Shown: positions 6,542 to 14,688 of the stretch, one piece after another
How positions within the stretch are numbered: position 1 is the first letter of the stretch
Layout of the letters: each line of letters begins with the position of its first letter
Assembly: GCA_964468895.1 (NCBI GenBank)
Contig: CAYXWT010000015.1
Coordinates: 1-14,688, forward strand
Direction of reading: 5' to 3'
DNA: 14,688 nt
Source of the DNA: an uncultured archaeon
GTDB lineage: Archaea > Iainarchaeota > Iainarchaeia > Iainarchaeales > CSSED10-239
The notes under the pieces: generated by a model
The model's database searches: none
The model's input: only the letters and a program-made list of their open reading frames with translations
Told to the model about the DNA's origin: nothing
Translations under genes and position numbers: made by a program

Positions 6542-6569
6542 ATTTCTTTCTTAAAAATCATATTTTTTT
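6530..6569. terminator. Perfect 10-bp inverted repeat over the aIF5A stop codon, followed by a T7 run (candidate bidirectional terminator)
   Basis: AGAAAGAAAT (6530-6539) pairs with ATTTCTTTCT (6542-6551), with a nominal 2-nt loop. The TAA stop is at 6539-6541 and the TTTTTTT run at 6563-6569. The element lies in the 32-nt gap between convergent aIF5A and pheT. Oligo-T tracts are the usual archaeal termination signal. Confidence 0.4.
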
Positions 6570-6573
6570 AAAA

Positions 6574-8235
6574 TCATTTATTTTCTAATAAATCAATATT
6601 TATTTCAAAATTACTAACAGGTATAAAATAATTATTTTTTCTTAAAACATTAACACTTAATTCTCCAATATGGCCAACACTTTTATTATTAATAACTATT
6701 TGTGCACTTCTACCTTTTATATAAAAATCATATTGCTTTTGTTCTAATTTTAAATCCCAACCAAATAAATTACATAAAGAATATAAACTAGATGCAATTT
6801 TAGTGAAATTAATTTTAGGATTTGCAATCATAGCTGCTAAATGCATAATAGTTCTAGATTTAACATCTGTTTTATCATCTGCAACAACAACATAGTCACA
6901 ACTAAATATTTTTTGTGGATAAACCATATGTTGATTATTTTTTAAAATTTTTAATAATTTAGGAGTTAACCAATTAATAATAACATCTAAAGTTTTATCT
7001 TTAGAATAACCTAATTCTAAATAATTTTCACCACTAATATTAAAATTATCAAATTGTTCTACTTTAGAGCTTAAAGATAAAGGCCTAACTTCTTGATATC
7101 CTAATTGAGCCATAGTATTAATAATATTATCTTGCAAAACAGAACTATCTAATAATTCTCCAATTGTAGAAATTTGAGGTAATCTAAGTTCTATATTTGA
7201 AAAACCATAAGCTCTTGCTAAATCGTCAGCAATATCAACATCATGTAAAACATCAGATCTAAAAGCAGGAACTAAAACTTCTAAATCTTTACCTTTTTTC
7301 TTACAAATATATAACATTTTATTTAATAATTTACAGGCATTATCTAAATCTATATTAGTTCCTAAAACTTTGTTTAAATAATCTAAAGAAACTATTTTTT
7401 TAGAATAATTAAGATTAGGCGTAATTAATTTTTCAGAACCATATTCAACTTCAACAGAATATATTTCTCCACCAAAGTCTGAAAACATAGTTACAATTAT
7501 ATTTAATATTTGTTTTAATTTTTCTAAATTAAAACCTGAACATTCTATAAAAACTTCTTTTGTAGAAACTTCAACTTGACCAGTTTTTTGAGAATTAATT
7601 ATTGGTGGCATAGATAATATTTCATTATTAGAATCTATAAAATAAGGATACTTGTCAAATCCATTTAATAAAGAAGAGTATTCAATACCTGTAGGATGAT
7701 TTCTTAATATTTCTAAACCTGTCATAACTTTAGTTTCTCCAAGAGGTATAAACTTTAGATCCTCACCTTTACTAGCTTTAAAATATATTGGAAAACTAAT
7801 TTTATTGAGAGGATATATACCAATAGCTCCAACTTTTCTTTTTCTAGCTAATGTTAAATGTAGTTTTTCTTGAGCCCAAATTAATTGTTTTATTTTAGAG
7901 TCATTTAAATCTAAATTTTTTATAACTGCACACACAGTAAAAGGTCGAATATTCTTTACAGATTCATCTACTATTACTTTATAATTACTTTTTCTAATTT
8001 TATATTCTTTAGCTAATTCTAAACCTAAATAAGATTTAATAGCTCTACTAAATCCTTCTAAAGATAGCATATCTGGTCTATCAGCAGTGATATCAATCTT
8101 TAGATCATCACTTTCAAGATTATAAGAATCTATTTCTAAACCAAAATTAAATAAAACATCTTCAAGTTCTTCTAAACTAATATCTTGGTTTATTTTTTCT
8201 TTTAATTCACTAAAAGTAATATCTAATACAGCCAT
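6574..8235 (-). CDS. pheT: Phenylalanine--tRNA ligase beta subunit (archaeal type)
   Basis: 553 aa, with ITADRPDMLSLEGFSRAIKSYLG and DVDIADDLARAYGFSNI, typical of the archaeal/eukaryotic B3_4/B5 region. It starts 13 nt downstream of pheS, the classical pheST arrangement. Confidence 0.93.
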   Translation of the reverse strand: MAVLDITFSELKEKINQDISLEELEDVLFNFGLEIDSYNLESDDLKIDITADRPDMLSLEGFSRAIKSYLGLELAKEYKIRKSNYKVIVDESVKNIRPFTVCAVIKNLDLNDSKIKQLIWAQEKLHLTLARKRKVGAIGIYPLNKISFPIYFKASKGEDLKFIPLGETKVMTGLEILRNHPTGIEYSSLLNGFDKYPYFIDSNNEILSMPPIINSQKTGQVEVSTKEVFIECSGFNLEKLKQILNIIVTMFSDFGGEIYSVEVEYGSEKLITPNLNYSKKIVSLDYLNKVLGTNIDLDNACKLLNKMLYICKKKGKDLEVLVPAFRSDVLHDVDIADDLARAYGFSNIELRLPQISTIGELLDSSVLQDNIINTMAQLGYQEVRPLSLSSKVEQFDNFNISGENYLELGYSKDKTLDVIINWLTPKLLKILKNNQHMVYPQKIFSCDYVVVADDKTDVKSRTIMHLAAMIANPKINFTKIASSLYSLCNLFGWDLKLEQKQYDFYIKGRSAQIVINNKSVGHIGELSVNVLRKNNYFIPVSNFEINIDLLENK

Positions 8236-8248
8236 TTAAAACACATAT

Positions 8249-9757
8249 TTATTTATCTAATTTTTTATTATGGATTTGATAATTTCTAAGCCAATCTAAA
8301 TTACATTCATCACCATGTAATTCTTTAATATTTTTATTATAAATTAACATTGCAATTCTTTCACAACCAAAACCCCATGCAATAACACTTTGTTTAATAC
8401 CATAAGGTCTTAGAGTTTCGGGTCTAAAAACTCCTGCATTTAATAATTCAACCCACTTATTAGTTTTTTCTAGATATGCAAAAGCTTCAACACTTGGTTC
8501 TGTATATGGGTTATAATTTGGTTTAAATTTGATTTTAGTAATACCTAGTTTACTTAAAAATTCTTTAATAAAGCCTAACAAATCTGCAAGTCCAAGATTT
8601 TCTCCAATCACAAAACCTTCTGCTTGATGAAATTCAGGTAAATGTGTAGCATCTATAGTTTCATTTCTAAAAACTTTATCTATACAAAAATACTTTTTAT
8701 TAGTTTTATCTTTAAGATTATTAAAAGTTCTAAAAGTAGTAGCTGTAGTATGAGTTCTTAAAATTAACTTTTTAGCATCATCTCTATTCCAAATGTAATT
8801 GTATCCTTTTGAACCAGTATCAAAACCATTAGTATGTAATTCACCCACCATTTTCAGTAAATTTTCATTATTAGGTAAATCTCCAATTTTTGGTAAATAA
8901 AAAGTATCATGATCGTCTCTAGCAGGATGATCTTGAGAAATAAACATAGAATCCATATTCCAAAAACAAGTTTCTACATATGGTCCTTTCATTTCTTTAA
9001 AACCCATTTCTAAAAATAAATCCCTAATATCATATATAACCTTTCTAAAAGGATGAATTCTACCTAAAGTTTGAGGTTTAGGTAATTTTTCTACTTCAAA
9101 AGTTTTTAATTCTAAATCTTCGCTTTCTTTAGTTTTTAATAATTCTGGAGTTAGTTCTAAAACTTTTTCAGAATCAATTTCATAAAATTCAATATTTTTT
9201 AAAATATATTTTTTATGTATGATTTGTTTTTCAATAAGAAAGTTTTTTCTTTTTAATAATTTTTTAATATTAAAAATATTTTCAAAATTATTATTTTTAA
9301 TTTCTTCTAAGACTTTTTTATCTTCTAAAATCAGATTGTTATAATTCTTATTAACACAAATATAACCATCTTTAATAGAAATTAGATTTTTTTTCTTACA
9401 AATACCAAATGCTAAAACAATTTCATTTTTATCTAAATCTGGAATTTCTACAGATTTAAGATCACTTATTTTTGTTTTTTTGTTTACAATACACTTACAA
9501 AAAATTTCTTCAATAAATCCAACATCTAAAGCTTTATTTGCATTAACGTCTAAATCATATTTATTTGTAAAATAAGATTCTTCAGAAATTAAAGAATATA
9601 ATTTTAAAGTCTCTAAATATCTTCTAATTGAATCAATAGAATCTTTAGAAATATCTAATTCTTTTAAAATTTCTTCAAAAGATATTTCTTTTCTAGCTTT
9701 AATTAATTCATACAATTTAGATTCCAAGGAATTTAATTTTAAAGTCATAATAATCAC
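8249..9757 (-). CDS. pheS: Phenylalanine--tRNA ligase alpha subunit (archaeal type)
   Basis: Class II aaRS core motifs are present. ISQDHPARDDHDTFYL, LRTHTTATTFR, FRNETIDATHLPEFHQAEG and AWGFGCERIAMLIY. The long N-terminal helical/winged-helix-like extension is typical of archaeal PheS. The track start is GTG 9755-9757, and ATG 9746-9748 (MTLKLN...) is an alternative. Confidence 0.95.
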   Translation of the reverse strand: MIIMTLKLNSLESKLYELIKARKEISFEEILKELDISKDSIDSIRRYLETLKLYSLISEESYFTNKYDLDVNANKALDVGFIEEIFCKCIVNKKTKISDLKSVEIPDLDKNEIVLAFGICKKKNLISIKDGYICVNKNYNNLILEDKKVLEEIKNNNFENIFNIKKLLKRKNFLIEKQIIHKKYILKNIEFYEIDSEKVLELTPELLKTKESEDLELKTFEVEKLPKPQTLGRIHPFRKVIYDIRDLFLEMGFKEMKGPYVETCFWNMDSMFISQDHPARDDHDTFYLPKIGDLPNNENLLKMVGELHTNGFDTGSKGYNYIWNRDDAKKLILRTHTTATTFRTFNNLKDKTNKKYFCIDKVFRNETIDATHLPEFHQAEGFVIGENLGLADLLGFIKEFLSKLGITKIKFKPNYNPYTEPSVEAFAYLEKTNKWVELLNAGVFRPETLRPYGIKQSVIAWGFGCERIAMLIYNKNIKELHGDECNLDWLRNYQIHNKKLDK

Positions 9758-9795
9758 AACACAACAAATTTAAAAAAAACTTGTTTTTTTAAAAA

Positions 9796-10617
9796 TTATT
9801 TTTCAAAATATTCTGAATCAACAATTTCTTTTAAATTCTTACTAGTTTTTATTTTAGAATTTGATATCACAAATCCTTTTATTAATTTAGATATTGGCTT
9901 TTTAAATATTAAAAAAACAATTATAATAATTAATAATACTAAAATAACATATCCAAACACATCTAATAAATTTTCATTATTATATAAATCTAATATAACA
10001 AATGTTGGTTTAGGTGGCTTTTTTTCAATAGCAATTAATTTTAATTCATTTGATGAAATCCCAGTCCAACTTAAAACACTATTTTTAATTTCTGCATCAG
10101 GTAAAGTTTCTCCAAAAAATAAAGGGTCATAAAGTTTTACTCTTAAATATGAACCTTTTGGAATTGAATATAAATTATTGGTAACAAAATCTCTAAACAA
10201 ATTCTCATTAAATTTCCAAAATATTTCATCTTCATAATCTAAATATTTAATTAAACACAAATCTTCAATAGAATATTCAATAATAACTGCTTTTTTAACT
10301 TCATCAAAAGTAATTTTCACATCTTTATAATCATTTATATAAACATGTGGTTCTAATTCTGAATCAATTTCTTTTAACTCAGGAATATTAATATTAATTT
10401 CTAGAATTTTTTCTTTAAAAGTTTCTAAATCACTTTCTGAATTAAAATCAAATTTCCAATTTTCTACAATTTTAGCATTATTTGGTGATAAAATATCAAT
10501 TTTAACATCATATGAATTTACCTGTGATGCTGAAATTAAATTGGTATTGGAAATTAAAACTAAAATAAAAATTAAAAATATAAATAAATAACTTTTATTT
10601 TTTATATAACAATTCAT
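9796..10617 (-). CDS. Hypothetical exported or surface protein with an N-terminal signal/anchor and a C-terminal transmembrane helix
   Basis: 273 aa. The N-terminus KSYLFIFLIFILVLISNTNLISASQ is signal-peptide-like. The C-terminus VFGYVILVLLIIIIVFLIFKK is a TM helix followed by a short basic tail. I recognise no family motif. Confidence 0.65.
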   Translation of the reverse strand: MNCYIKNKSYLFIFLIFILVLISNTNLISASQVNSYDVKIDILSPNNAKIVENWKFDFNSESDLETFKEKILEININIPELKEIDSELEPHVYINDYKDVKITFDEVKKAVIIEYSIEDLCLIKYLDYEDEIFWKFNENLFRDFVTNNLYSIPKGSYLRVKLYDPLFFGETLPDAEIKNSVLSWTGISSNELKLIAIEKKPPKPTFVILDLYNNENLLDVFGYVILVLLIIIIVFLIFKKPISKLIKGFVISNSKIKTSKNLKEIVDSEYFEK

Positions 10618-10776
10618 AGTTTCTAAAACCTCAATTTATTAAATATGAAATTTATAATTTATTTTAAAAAATAATTTATAATTTAAATCTAAAATATATT
10701 ATAATAGAAGTATTTTTAATATTATACAATTTAGTGGTTTTATTAAATTCTACATAGCATTATCAAAAAAGGTACT

Positions 10777-10786
10777 ATTTAAATAA
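10777..10786 (+). promoter_or_regulatory. Candidate TATA box placed for a leaderless MBL-hydrolase transcript
   Basis: TATTTAAATA is centred about 26 nt upstream of ATG 10808 and preceded by a purine-rich CAAAAAAGG (BRE-like). There is no GGTG-type motif before this ATG, unlike several neighbouring genes. The spacing fits a transcript starting at or near the ATG. This is weak in A+T-rich DNA. Confidence 0.3.
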
Positions 10787-10807
10787 AATTCCATACCTAA
10801 TTTAAAT

Positions 10808-11497
10808 ATGACAATAAAAATAAAATATATTGGTCACTCTTCTTTTATACTAAATTTGGATAATAAAAAAATATTAACAGACCCTTATTTTTCTTCAGAA
10901 AAAAAAGGCCCTTACGAAAGACTCATTCCTTGTAGTGTTGATGTTAAAAAAGTCCCTAAAATCGATACAATTTTAATAAGTCACGAACATTTTGATAGTT
11001 TTGATATAGAAAATACAAATTATCTTTCCAAAAAATACAATCCAAAAATAATTGCTCATCAAAGTGTTTTAAATAAAATTGATTGCGATCCTTTTAATAA
11101 AATTGCTATAGATGAATATGAAAATAAACTTATTAATAATATTAATTACACAGCATATCCTGCACATCATCCAACTTCCTTTTATCCTTTAAGTTTTAAA
11201 ATACAACAAAATAAAAGTAACATTTATTTTGCAGGAGATACACGTATGACAAAAGAACAAGAACAAATGAAGGCCGACATTGTATTTTTGCCAATTGGTG
11301 GTCAAACAACAATGGATATAAGTTCTGCAGCAAGAGTTGCAAAAAAAATAAAACCTAAATATCTAATACCTATGGGTTATAATACATTTGAAAATATTAA
11401 ACAAAATCCATTTATACTTAAAGAAAAATTAGATAAAACTAGATATAATATAAATACCATCATATTAAATCCAGGAAAATCTTTTACTATTAAATAA
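10808..11497 (+). CDS. Metallo-beta-lactamase-fold hydrolase (Lactamase_B_2/3-like), with non-canonical metal-site residues
   Basis: IKYIGHSSFIL...ILTDPYF, ILISHEHFDSFD (an HxHxDH-type motif reading HEHFDS), AYPAHHP, YFAGDTRM and LIPMGYNTF. The order and spacing match small MBL-fold hydrolases. Confidence 0.85.
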   Translation: MTIKIKYIGHSSFILNLDNKKILTDPYFSSEKKGPYERLIPCSVDVKKVPKIDTILISHEHFDSFDIENTNYLSKKYNPKIIAHQSVLNKIDCDPFNKIAIDEYENKLINNINYTAYPAHHPTSFYPLSFKIQQNKSNIYFAGDTRMTKEQEQMKADIVFLPIGGQTTMDISSAARVAKKIKPKYLIPMGYNTFENIKQNPFILKEKLDKTRYNINTIILNPGKSFTIK

Positions 11498-11517
11498 AAT
11501 GATTACTTATAATCATT
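11498..11517. terminator. Perfect 8-bp hairpin spanning the junction of convergent MBL-hydrolase and RNase Z genes
   Basis: AATGATTA (11498-11505), loop CTTA, TAATCATT (11510-11517). The two stop codons (TAA 11495-11497 on plus, TAA encoded by 11503-11505 on minus) are only 5 nt apart. The hairpin overlaps the 3' end of the RNase Z ORF. Confidence 0.3.
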
Positions 11518-12429
11518 AATTTCTATTTGATCTAAATCTTTTGGAGCAAAAGATTTAGGAAATATTTTTTTACTTTCTTTTAAATGTCCAAGGTTATCTT
11601 TATATCTTGAAGAAATATGTATTAAATACAATTTTTTAGCTTTATATTTTTTTGCAAAATTAGAAACTTCACTTACATAAGGATGTTTTACAATTTTAGC
11701 TTTAGCTTTATGCTCTTTTAAAAATGTAGAATCATGTATTAACACATCTAGATTTTTTAAATTAGAATTTATTTTAGAAACATACTTACCATCTAATAAA
11801 TAGGCAATAGAGCTACCTACTTTTTTATATTTAAAATCCATAACTTGATTAGGAGAAATGATTTTATTATTTAATTTGATATCATAGCCACTTTGTAATT
11901 TTGCAAATAATGGACCAACTGGAACTCCTAATTTTAAAGCTTTATTTTTATTAAATTTACCAATTTTATCTTTAATCTTAAAAATATAACCATATGTTAA
12001 AATACTATGATCTAATTTTAGTGAAGTTATACATATATTATCTAATTGATATTTAAAATTACTTTTTACTTCAAAAATATTAATTTTAAAATTAAAATCC
12101 AAATAAAGATCTTTTATTAATTTAATTAGTTTTGACTTATTACCAAATGGTAAGAATATATTTAAATCTTCATTTCTATTATATAAATTCATACTAGCTA
12201 ATAAACCAAATAAACCATAATAATGATCTCCATGCATATGACTTATAAATATACATTTAATTTTAATTATACTTTCTTTAGATTTAAGAATCTGTTGTTG
12301 CACGTTTTCAGCACAATCAAATAAAAAATTATTTCCATTATAATTAATTAAAACAGAACTTAAATTTCGATCTTTAGTAGGAACACTACCTCCAGTTCCT
12401 AAAAAAATAATTTTAATTTTATTAGACAT
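11503..12429 (-). CDS. rnz: Ribonuclease Z (tRNA 3' endonuclease, ElaC family)
   Basis: IIFLGTGGSVPTKDRNLSSVLI, FLFDCAENVQQQILKS, IFISHMHGDHYYGLFGLLASMNL (an intact HxHxDH motif) and C-terminal YLIHISSRY. The 308-aa length is typical of short-form RNase Z. Confidence 0.92.
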   Translation of the reverse strand: MSNKIKIIFLGTGGSVPTKDRNLSSVLINYNGNNFLFDCAENVQQQILKSKESIIKIKCIFISHMHGDHYYGLFGLLASMNLYNRNEDLNIFLPFGNKSKLIKLIKDLYLDFNFKINIFEVKSNFKYQLDNICITSLKLDHSILTYGYIFKIKDKIGKFNKNKALKLGVPVGPLFAKLQSGYDIKLNNKIISPNQVMDFKYKKVGSSIAYLLDGKYVSKINSNLKNLDVLIHDSTFLKEHKAKAKIVKHPYVSEVSNFAKKYKAKKLYLIHISSRYKDNLGHLKESKKIFPKSFAPKDLDQIEINDYK

Positions 12430-12525
12430 AAATAAATATTCAACAAATATATTTTTAATAGAGTTGTTTATTAATAGATATATAAATAATTATAATAAAC
12501 TAATTTTTATATTAACTAAATTTGG

Positions 12526-14409
12526 GTGAACTTTTTAATGAATACAAAAGACAAAATTAAAGAATTAAATTATAAAGACACAAGTGAATTAAAAATTCCT
12601 AAAGATCTTATTAATCAAGTTGTGGGTCAAGAAGATGCAATTAAGTTTATAAAAAAAGTTGCTATTCAAAAAAGACATATAATGCTTGTTGGTGAACCTG
12701 GCACAGGAAAATCAATGATAGCTACAGCTTTAGCAAAAGTATTGCCTACATTTAAATTAACAGATTTAATAAGTTATCCAAATAAAAATGATATTCATAA
12801 TCCAATAATAAGAGAAGTTCCTACTAAACAAGGAAAAAAAATTATAGAAGAAGCTAAAATAGATGCTGCAAAACAAATGGGTTCTAGTAGATTAATATCT
12901 TTTATATTACCTACAGCATGGATAATTTTAGCACTTGTATTTTGGCAAACAAAAATGATTTCTGACATTGTTTTTGGATCTATGCTTATTGTTTCTGGTT
13001 TTATCATGATTGCAACAGCTTTAAGTATGCAAATGATGCAAAAACAAAAAATTATAATTCCAAAAATGCTAATAGATAATTCTAAAAGAAAACAAGCACC
13101 ATTTCAAGATGCAACTGGAGCTAGAGCAGGAGCATTACTAGGAGATGTATTACACGATCCATTACAATCTGGAGGCCTAGGAACACCCCCACACCTTAGG
13201 GTTATCCCAGGTATGATTCATAAAGCTCATAATGGTGTTCTTTTCATAGATGAAATTGCAACTTTATCTCCTAAATCACAACAAGAATTATTAACTATAT
13301 TACAAGAAAAAAAATATAGTATTACTGGTCAAAGTGAAATGTCTTCTGGAGCAATGGTTAGAACAACACCAGCACCTTGTAATTTCATATTAATTGCAGC
13401 AGGAAACTATAAAGATTTAGAAAAAGTACATCCTGCAATTAGATCTAGAATTAGAGGTAGTGGTTATGAATGCTATATGAATGTTAATATGCCAGACACT
13501 ACAGAAAATAGAAATAAATTAGTTCAATTTGTAGTTCAAGAAATTACAAAAGATAAAAAAATACCTCATTTCAAAAAAGAAGCTGTTGATGAAATTATAT
13601 TTGAAGCTAGAAGAAGAAGTACAAGGAAAAATTCATTAACTTTAAAATTAAGAGAACTTGGAGGGTTAGTAAGAGCATCAGGTGATTTAGCTATCAATAA
13701 TAGTCACAAATTAGTTACTAGAAAAGATGTAGTTGATGCTAAAATTAATTCTAAAACTCTTGAAGAACAAATGGTTTCTAAAATGATGAGTATTAAAAAA
13801 GATTATGATATTTATAAAACTACTGGAGCTAAAATTGGTAGAGTTAATGGACTTGCAGTTATTAATGAAAATGCAGGTTTATTGTTACCAATTGAATGTG
13901 AAATTACACCATCACAATCTAAATCTTCTGGAAGAATAATTGCTACAGGTCAATTAGGTAAAATTGCTAAAGAATCTATAGATAATGTTTCTGCAATTAT
14001 TAAAAAATTAACTGGTAAAGAAATTAGTAATTATGATATACATATTCAATTTTTGCAAACTAATGGAGTTGAAGGAGATTCTGCTTCCGTTTCTATAGCA
14101 ACAGCGGTCATTTCAGTTTTAGAAAATATACCTATAAAACAAAATCTTGCAATGACTGGTTCACTTTCTATAAGAGGAGACGTACTTCCTATTGGTGGAG
14201 TTAGTGCAAAAGTTACTGCTGCAGCAAGTGCAAACATAAAAGAAGCAATAATACCATTTTCAAATAAAGAAGATTTAGTATTATCTGATGAAACTAAAGA
14301 TAAAATAAAAATCACAACAGTTAAAACAATTTGGGATGTAATAAAAGCAGCTTTTAAAGATTGTAAAAAGAAAGAGGAACTTCTAAAGAAAGTAAAGACA
14401 ATAAAGTGA
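12526..14409 (+). CDS. lonB: Archaeal membrane-bound Lon protease (LonB)
   Basis: [33 protein letters not shown] carries the Walker A motif. Two hydrophobic helices ([38 protein letters not shown]) are inserted before [35 protein letters not shown] (Walker B). The protease domain has [15 protein letters not shown] (catalytic Ser) and [11 protein letters not shown] (catalytic Lys). The track start GTG 12526 lies inside GGGTGA (12524-12529). ATG 12538, 8 nt downstream, is the more likely start ([10 protein letters not shown]...). Confidence 0.95.
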   Translation: MNFLMNTKDKIKELNYKDTSELKIPKDLINQVVGQEDAIKFIKKVAIQKRHIMLVGEPGTGKSMIATALAKVLPTFKLTDLISYPNKNDIHNPIIREVPTKQGKKIIEEAKIDAAKQMGSSRLISFILPTAWIILALVFWQTKMISDIVFGSMLIVSGFIMIATALSMQMMQKQKIIIPKMLIDNSKRKQAPFQDATGARAGALLGDVLHDPLQSGGLGTPPHLRVIPGMIHKAHNGVLFIDEIATLSPKSQQELLTILQEKKYSITGQSEMSSGAMVRTTPAPCNFILIAAGNYKDLEKVHPAIRSRIRGSGYECYMNVNMPDTTENRNKLVQFVVQEITKDKKIPHFKKEAVDEIIFEARRRSTRKNSLTLKLRELGGLVRASGDLAINNSHKLVTRKDVVDAKINSKTLEEQMVSKMMSIKKDYDIYKTTGAKIGRVNGLAVINENAGLLLPIECEITPSQSKSSGRIIATGQLGKIAKESIDNVSAIIKKLTGKEISNYDIHIQFLQTNGVEGDSASVSIATAVISVLENIPIKQNLAMTGSLSIRGDVLPIGGVSAKVTAAASANIKEAIIPFSNKEDLVLSDETKDKIKITTVKTIWDVIKAAFKDCKKKEELLKKVKTIK

Positions 14410-14421
14410 TTTTTAAAAATC
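14408..14421. terminator. 14-bp perfect palindrome GATTTTTAAAAATC between convergent stop codons (oligo-T on both strands)
   Basis: Read directly at 14408-14421. It overlaps the lonB TGA (14407-14409) and ends 3 nt before the minus-strand TAA (14425-14427). It presents T5 on each strand, consistent with bidirectional archaeal oligo-T termination. Confidence 0.35.
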
Positions 14422-14424
14422 ATT

Positions 14425-14688
14425 TTATATTAAAACAAACTTCATTTCTTTTATTTTTTGAGAAATTATATTTTGAATTGTTTTTTTAACTTTTGGTTCT
14501 AATATAATTTCATTTAATTCTAATTCAACAATCAATTTTTCAAAAAAACCAATATTTCTTACTAATTTATTATAAAGCACCTTATTATTAATTTTAGAAA
14601 TACTTTTTTTAGGAATATTTTGTAATTTAATTTCATCTCTAATAAATGTCTATTAAGATATTTATCAAAACTTTTAATTTTCTGTTCA
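14425..14688 (-). CDS. Partial hypothetical protein (runs off the window) with a reading-frame discontinuity
   Basis: By hand translation, one minus-strand frame is open for 75 codons from 14649 to TAA 14425-14427. It reads TFIRDEIKLQNIPKKSISKINNKVLYNKLVRNIGFFEKLIVELELNEIILEPKVKKTIQNIISQKIKEMKFVLI and has no ATG near its 5' end. A second frame is open from the window edge (EQKIKSFDKYLNRHLLEMKLNYKIFLKKVF...) to TAG 14562-14564. The two overlap across an A7 run (plus-strand T7, 14604-14610). An open stretch this long is improbable by chance in stop-rich A+T-rich sequence. Confidence 0.4.

Noticed and set aside
10649-10685. Exact 13-nt direct repeat AATTTATAATTTA (10649-10661 and 10673-10685) in the spacer upstream of the MBL hydrolase
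   Set aside because: It is composed solely of A and T in a spacer that is almost pure A+T. My rough estimate is that a match of this length is not very surprising by chance there, so I do not claim a regulatory repeat.
12795-13007. 70-aa minus-strand ORF from the track
   Set aside because: It lies entirely antisense to the well-supported lonB transmembrane-insert region. It has no recognisable motif or upstream SD-type motif, and its hydrophobic, odd composition is the usual mirror-frame artefact.
13171-13211. Conspicuously G+C-rich patch (ggaggcctaggaacacccccacaccttagggttatcccagg), considered as a possible embedded structured RNA
   Set aside because: It translates in the lonB frame to the highly conserved [15 protein letters not shown] motif. 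The G+C enrichment is explained by Gly, Pro and His codons in a constrained protein segment.
14046-14423. 125-aa minus-strand ORF from the track
   Set aside because: It is antisense to the conserved LonB protease domain (catalytic Ser and Lys region). Its sequence is low-complexity Ser/Phe-rich with no family resemblance. Its start falls in the lonB terminator palindrome, so it is judged a shadow ORF.
1-14688. Scan for CRISPR arrays, IS or transposon ends, integrase or defence-type genes, rRNA and tRNA genes
   Set aside because: I found no spaced arrays of identical repeats of 24-40 nt. I also found no terminal inverted repeats bracketing a transposase-like ORF, and no G+C-rich structured-RNA islands outside coding sequence. 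Every long ORF is accounted for by housekeeping or the hypothetical genes listed.

Overview
This is a very A+T-rich (roughly three quarters A+T by eye), tightly packed archaeal chromosome segment. Archaeal identity rests on aIF5A with the hypusine-site motif KPGKHG, a LonB protease with transmembrane helices inserted in the ATPase domain, an archaeal-type two-subunit PheRS (pheS-pheT) and an Sm-like protein. Highly divergent Lys/Ile/Asn-rich proteins and very short spacers suggest a small-genome, DPANN-like archaeon, but that is inference only. I support the 15 sense ORFs from the track: enolase, a HAD-like protein, a membrane protein, Sm, MinD-type ATPase, Roadblock-like, PATAN/DUF4388-like, NYN/LabA-like, aIF5A, PheT, PheS, an exported membrane protein, an MBL-fold hydrolase, RNase Z and LonB. 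I add one unlisted 49-aa membrane ORF (2149..2298) and one partial, frame-discontinuous ORF at the right edge. I saw no rRNA, tRNA, CRISPR array or mobile element. The most interesting feature is a same-strand, closely spaced block (5851 down to 3255). It encodes NYN nuclease, a PATAN/DUF4388-like protein, a Roadblock/LC7-like protein, a MinD/ParA ATPase with a C-terminal amphipathic helix, and Sm. It looks like an MglA/MglB-style NTPase-switch module built around a MinD-type ATPase instead of a small GTPase, with no MinC or MinE in the window. Secondary observations:
- Catalytic-motif erosion in a HAD-like and an MBL-fold protein.
- A possible -1 frame change at an A7 run.
- GTG starts in the track that sit inside GGTG-type Shine-Dalgarno motifs.
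- Perfect palindromes at all three convergent gene junctions.
- Repeated palindromic motifs in divergent promoter regions.
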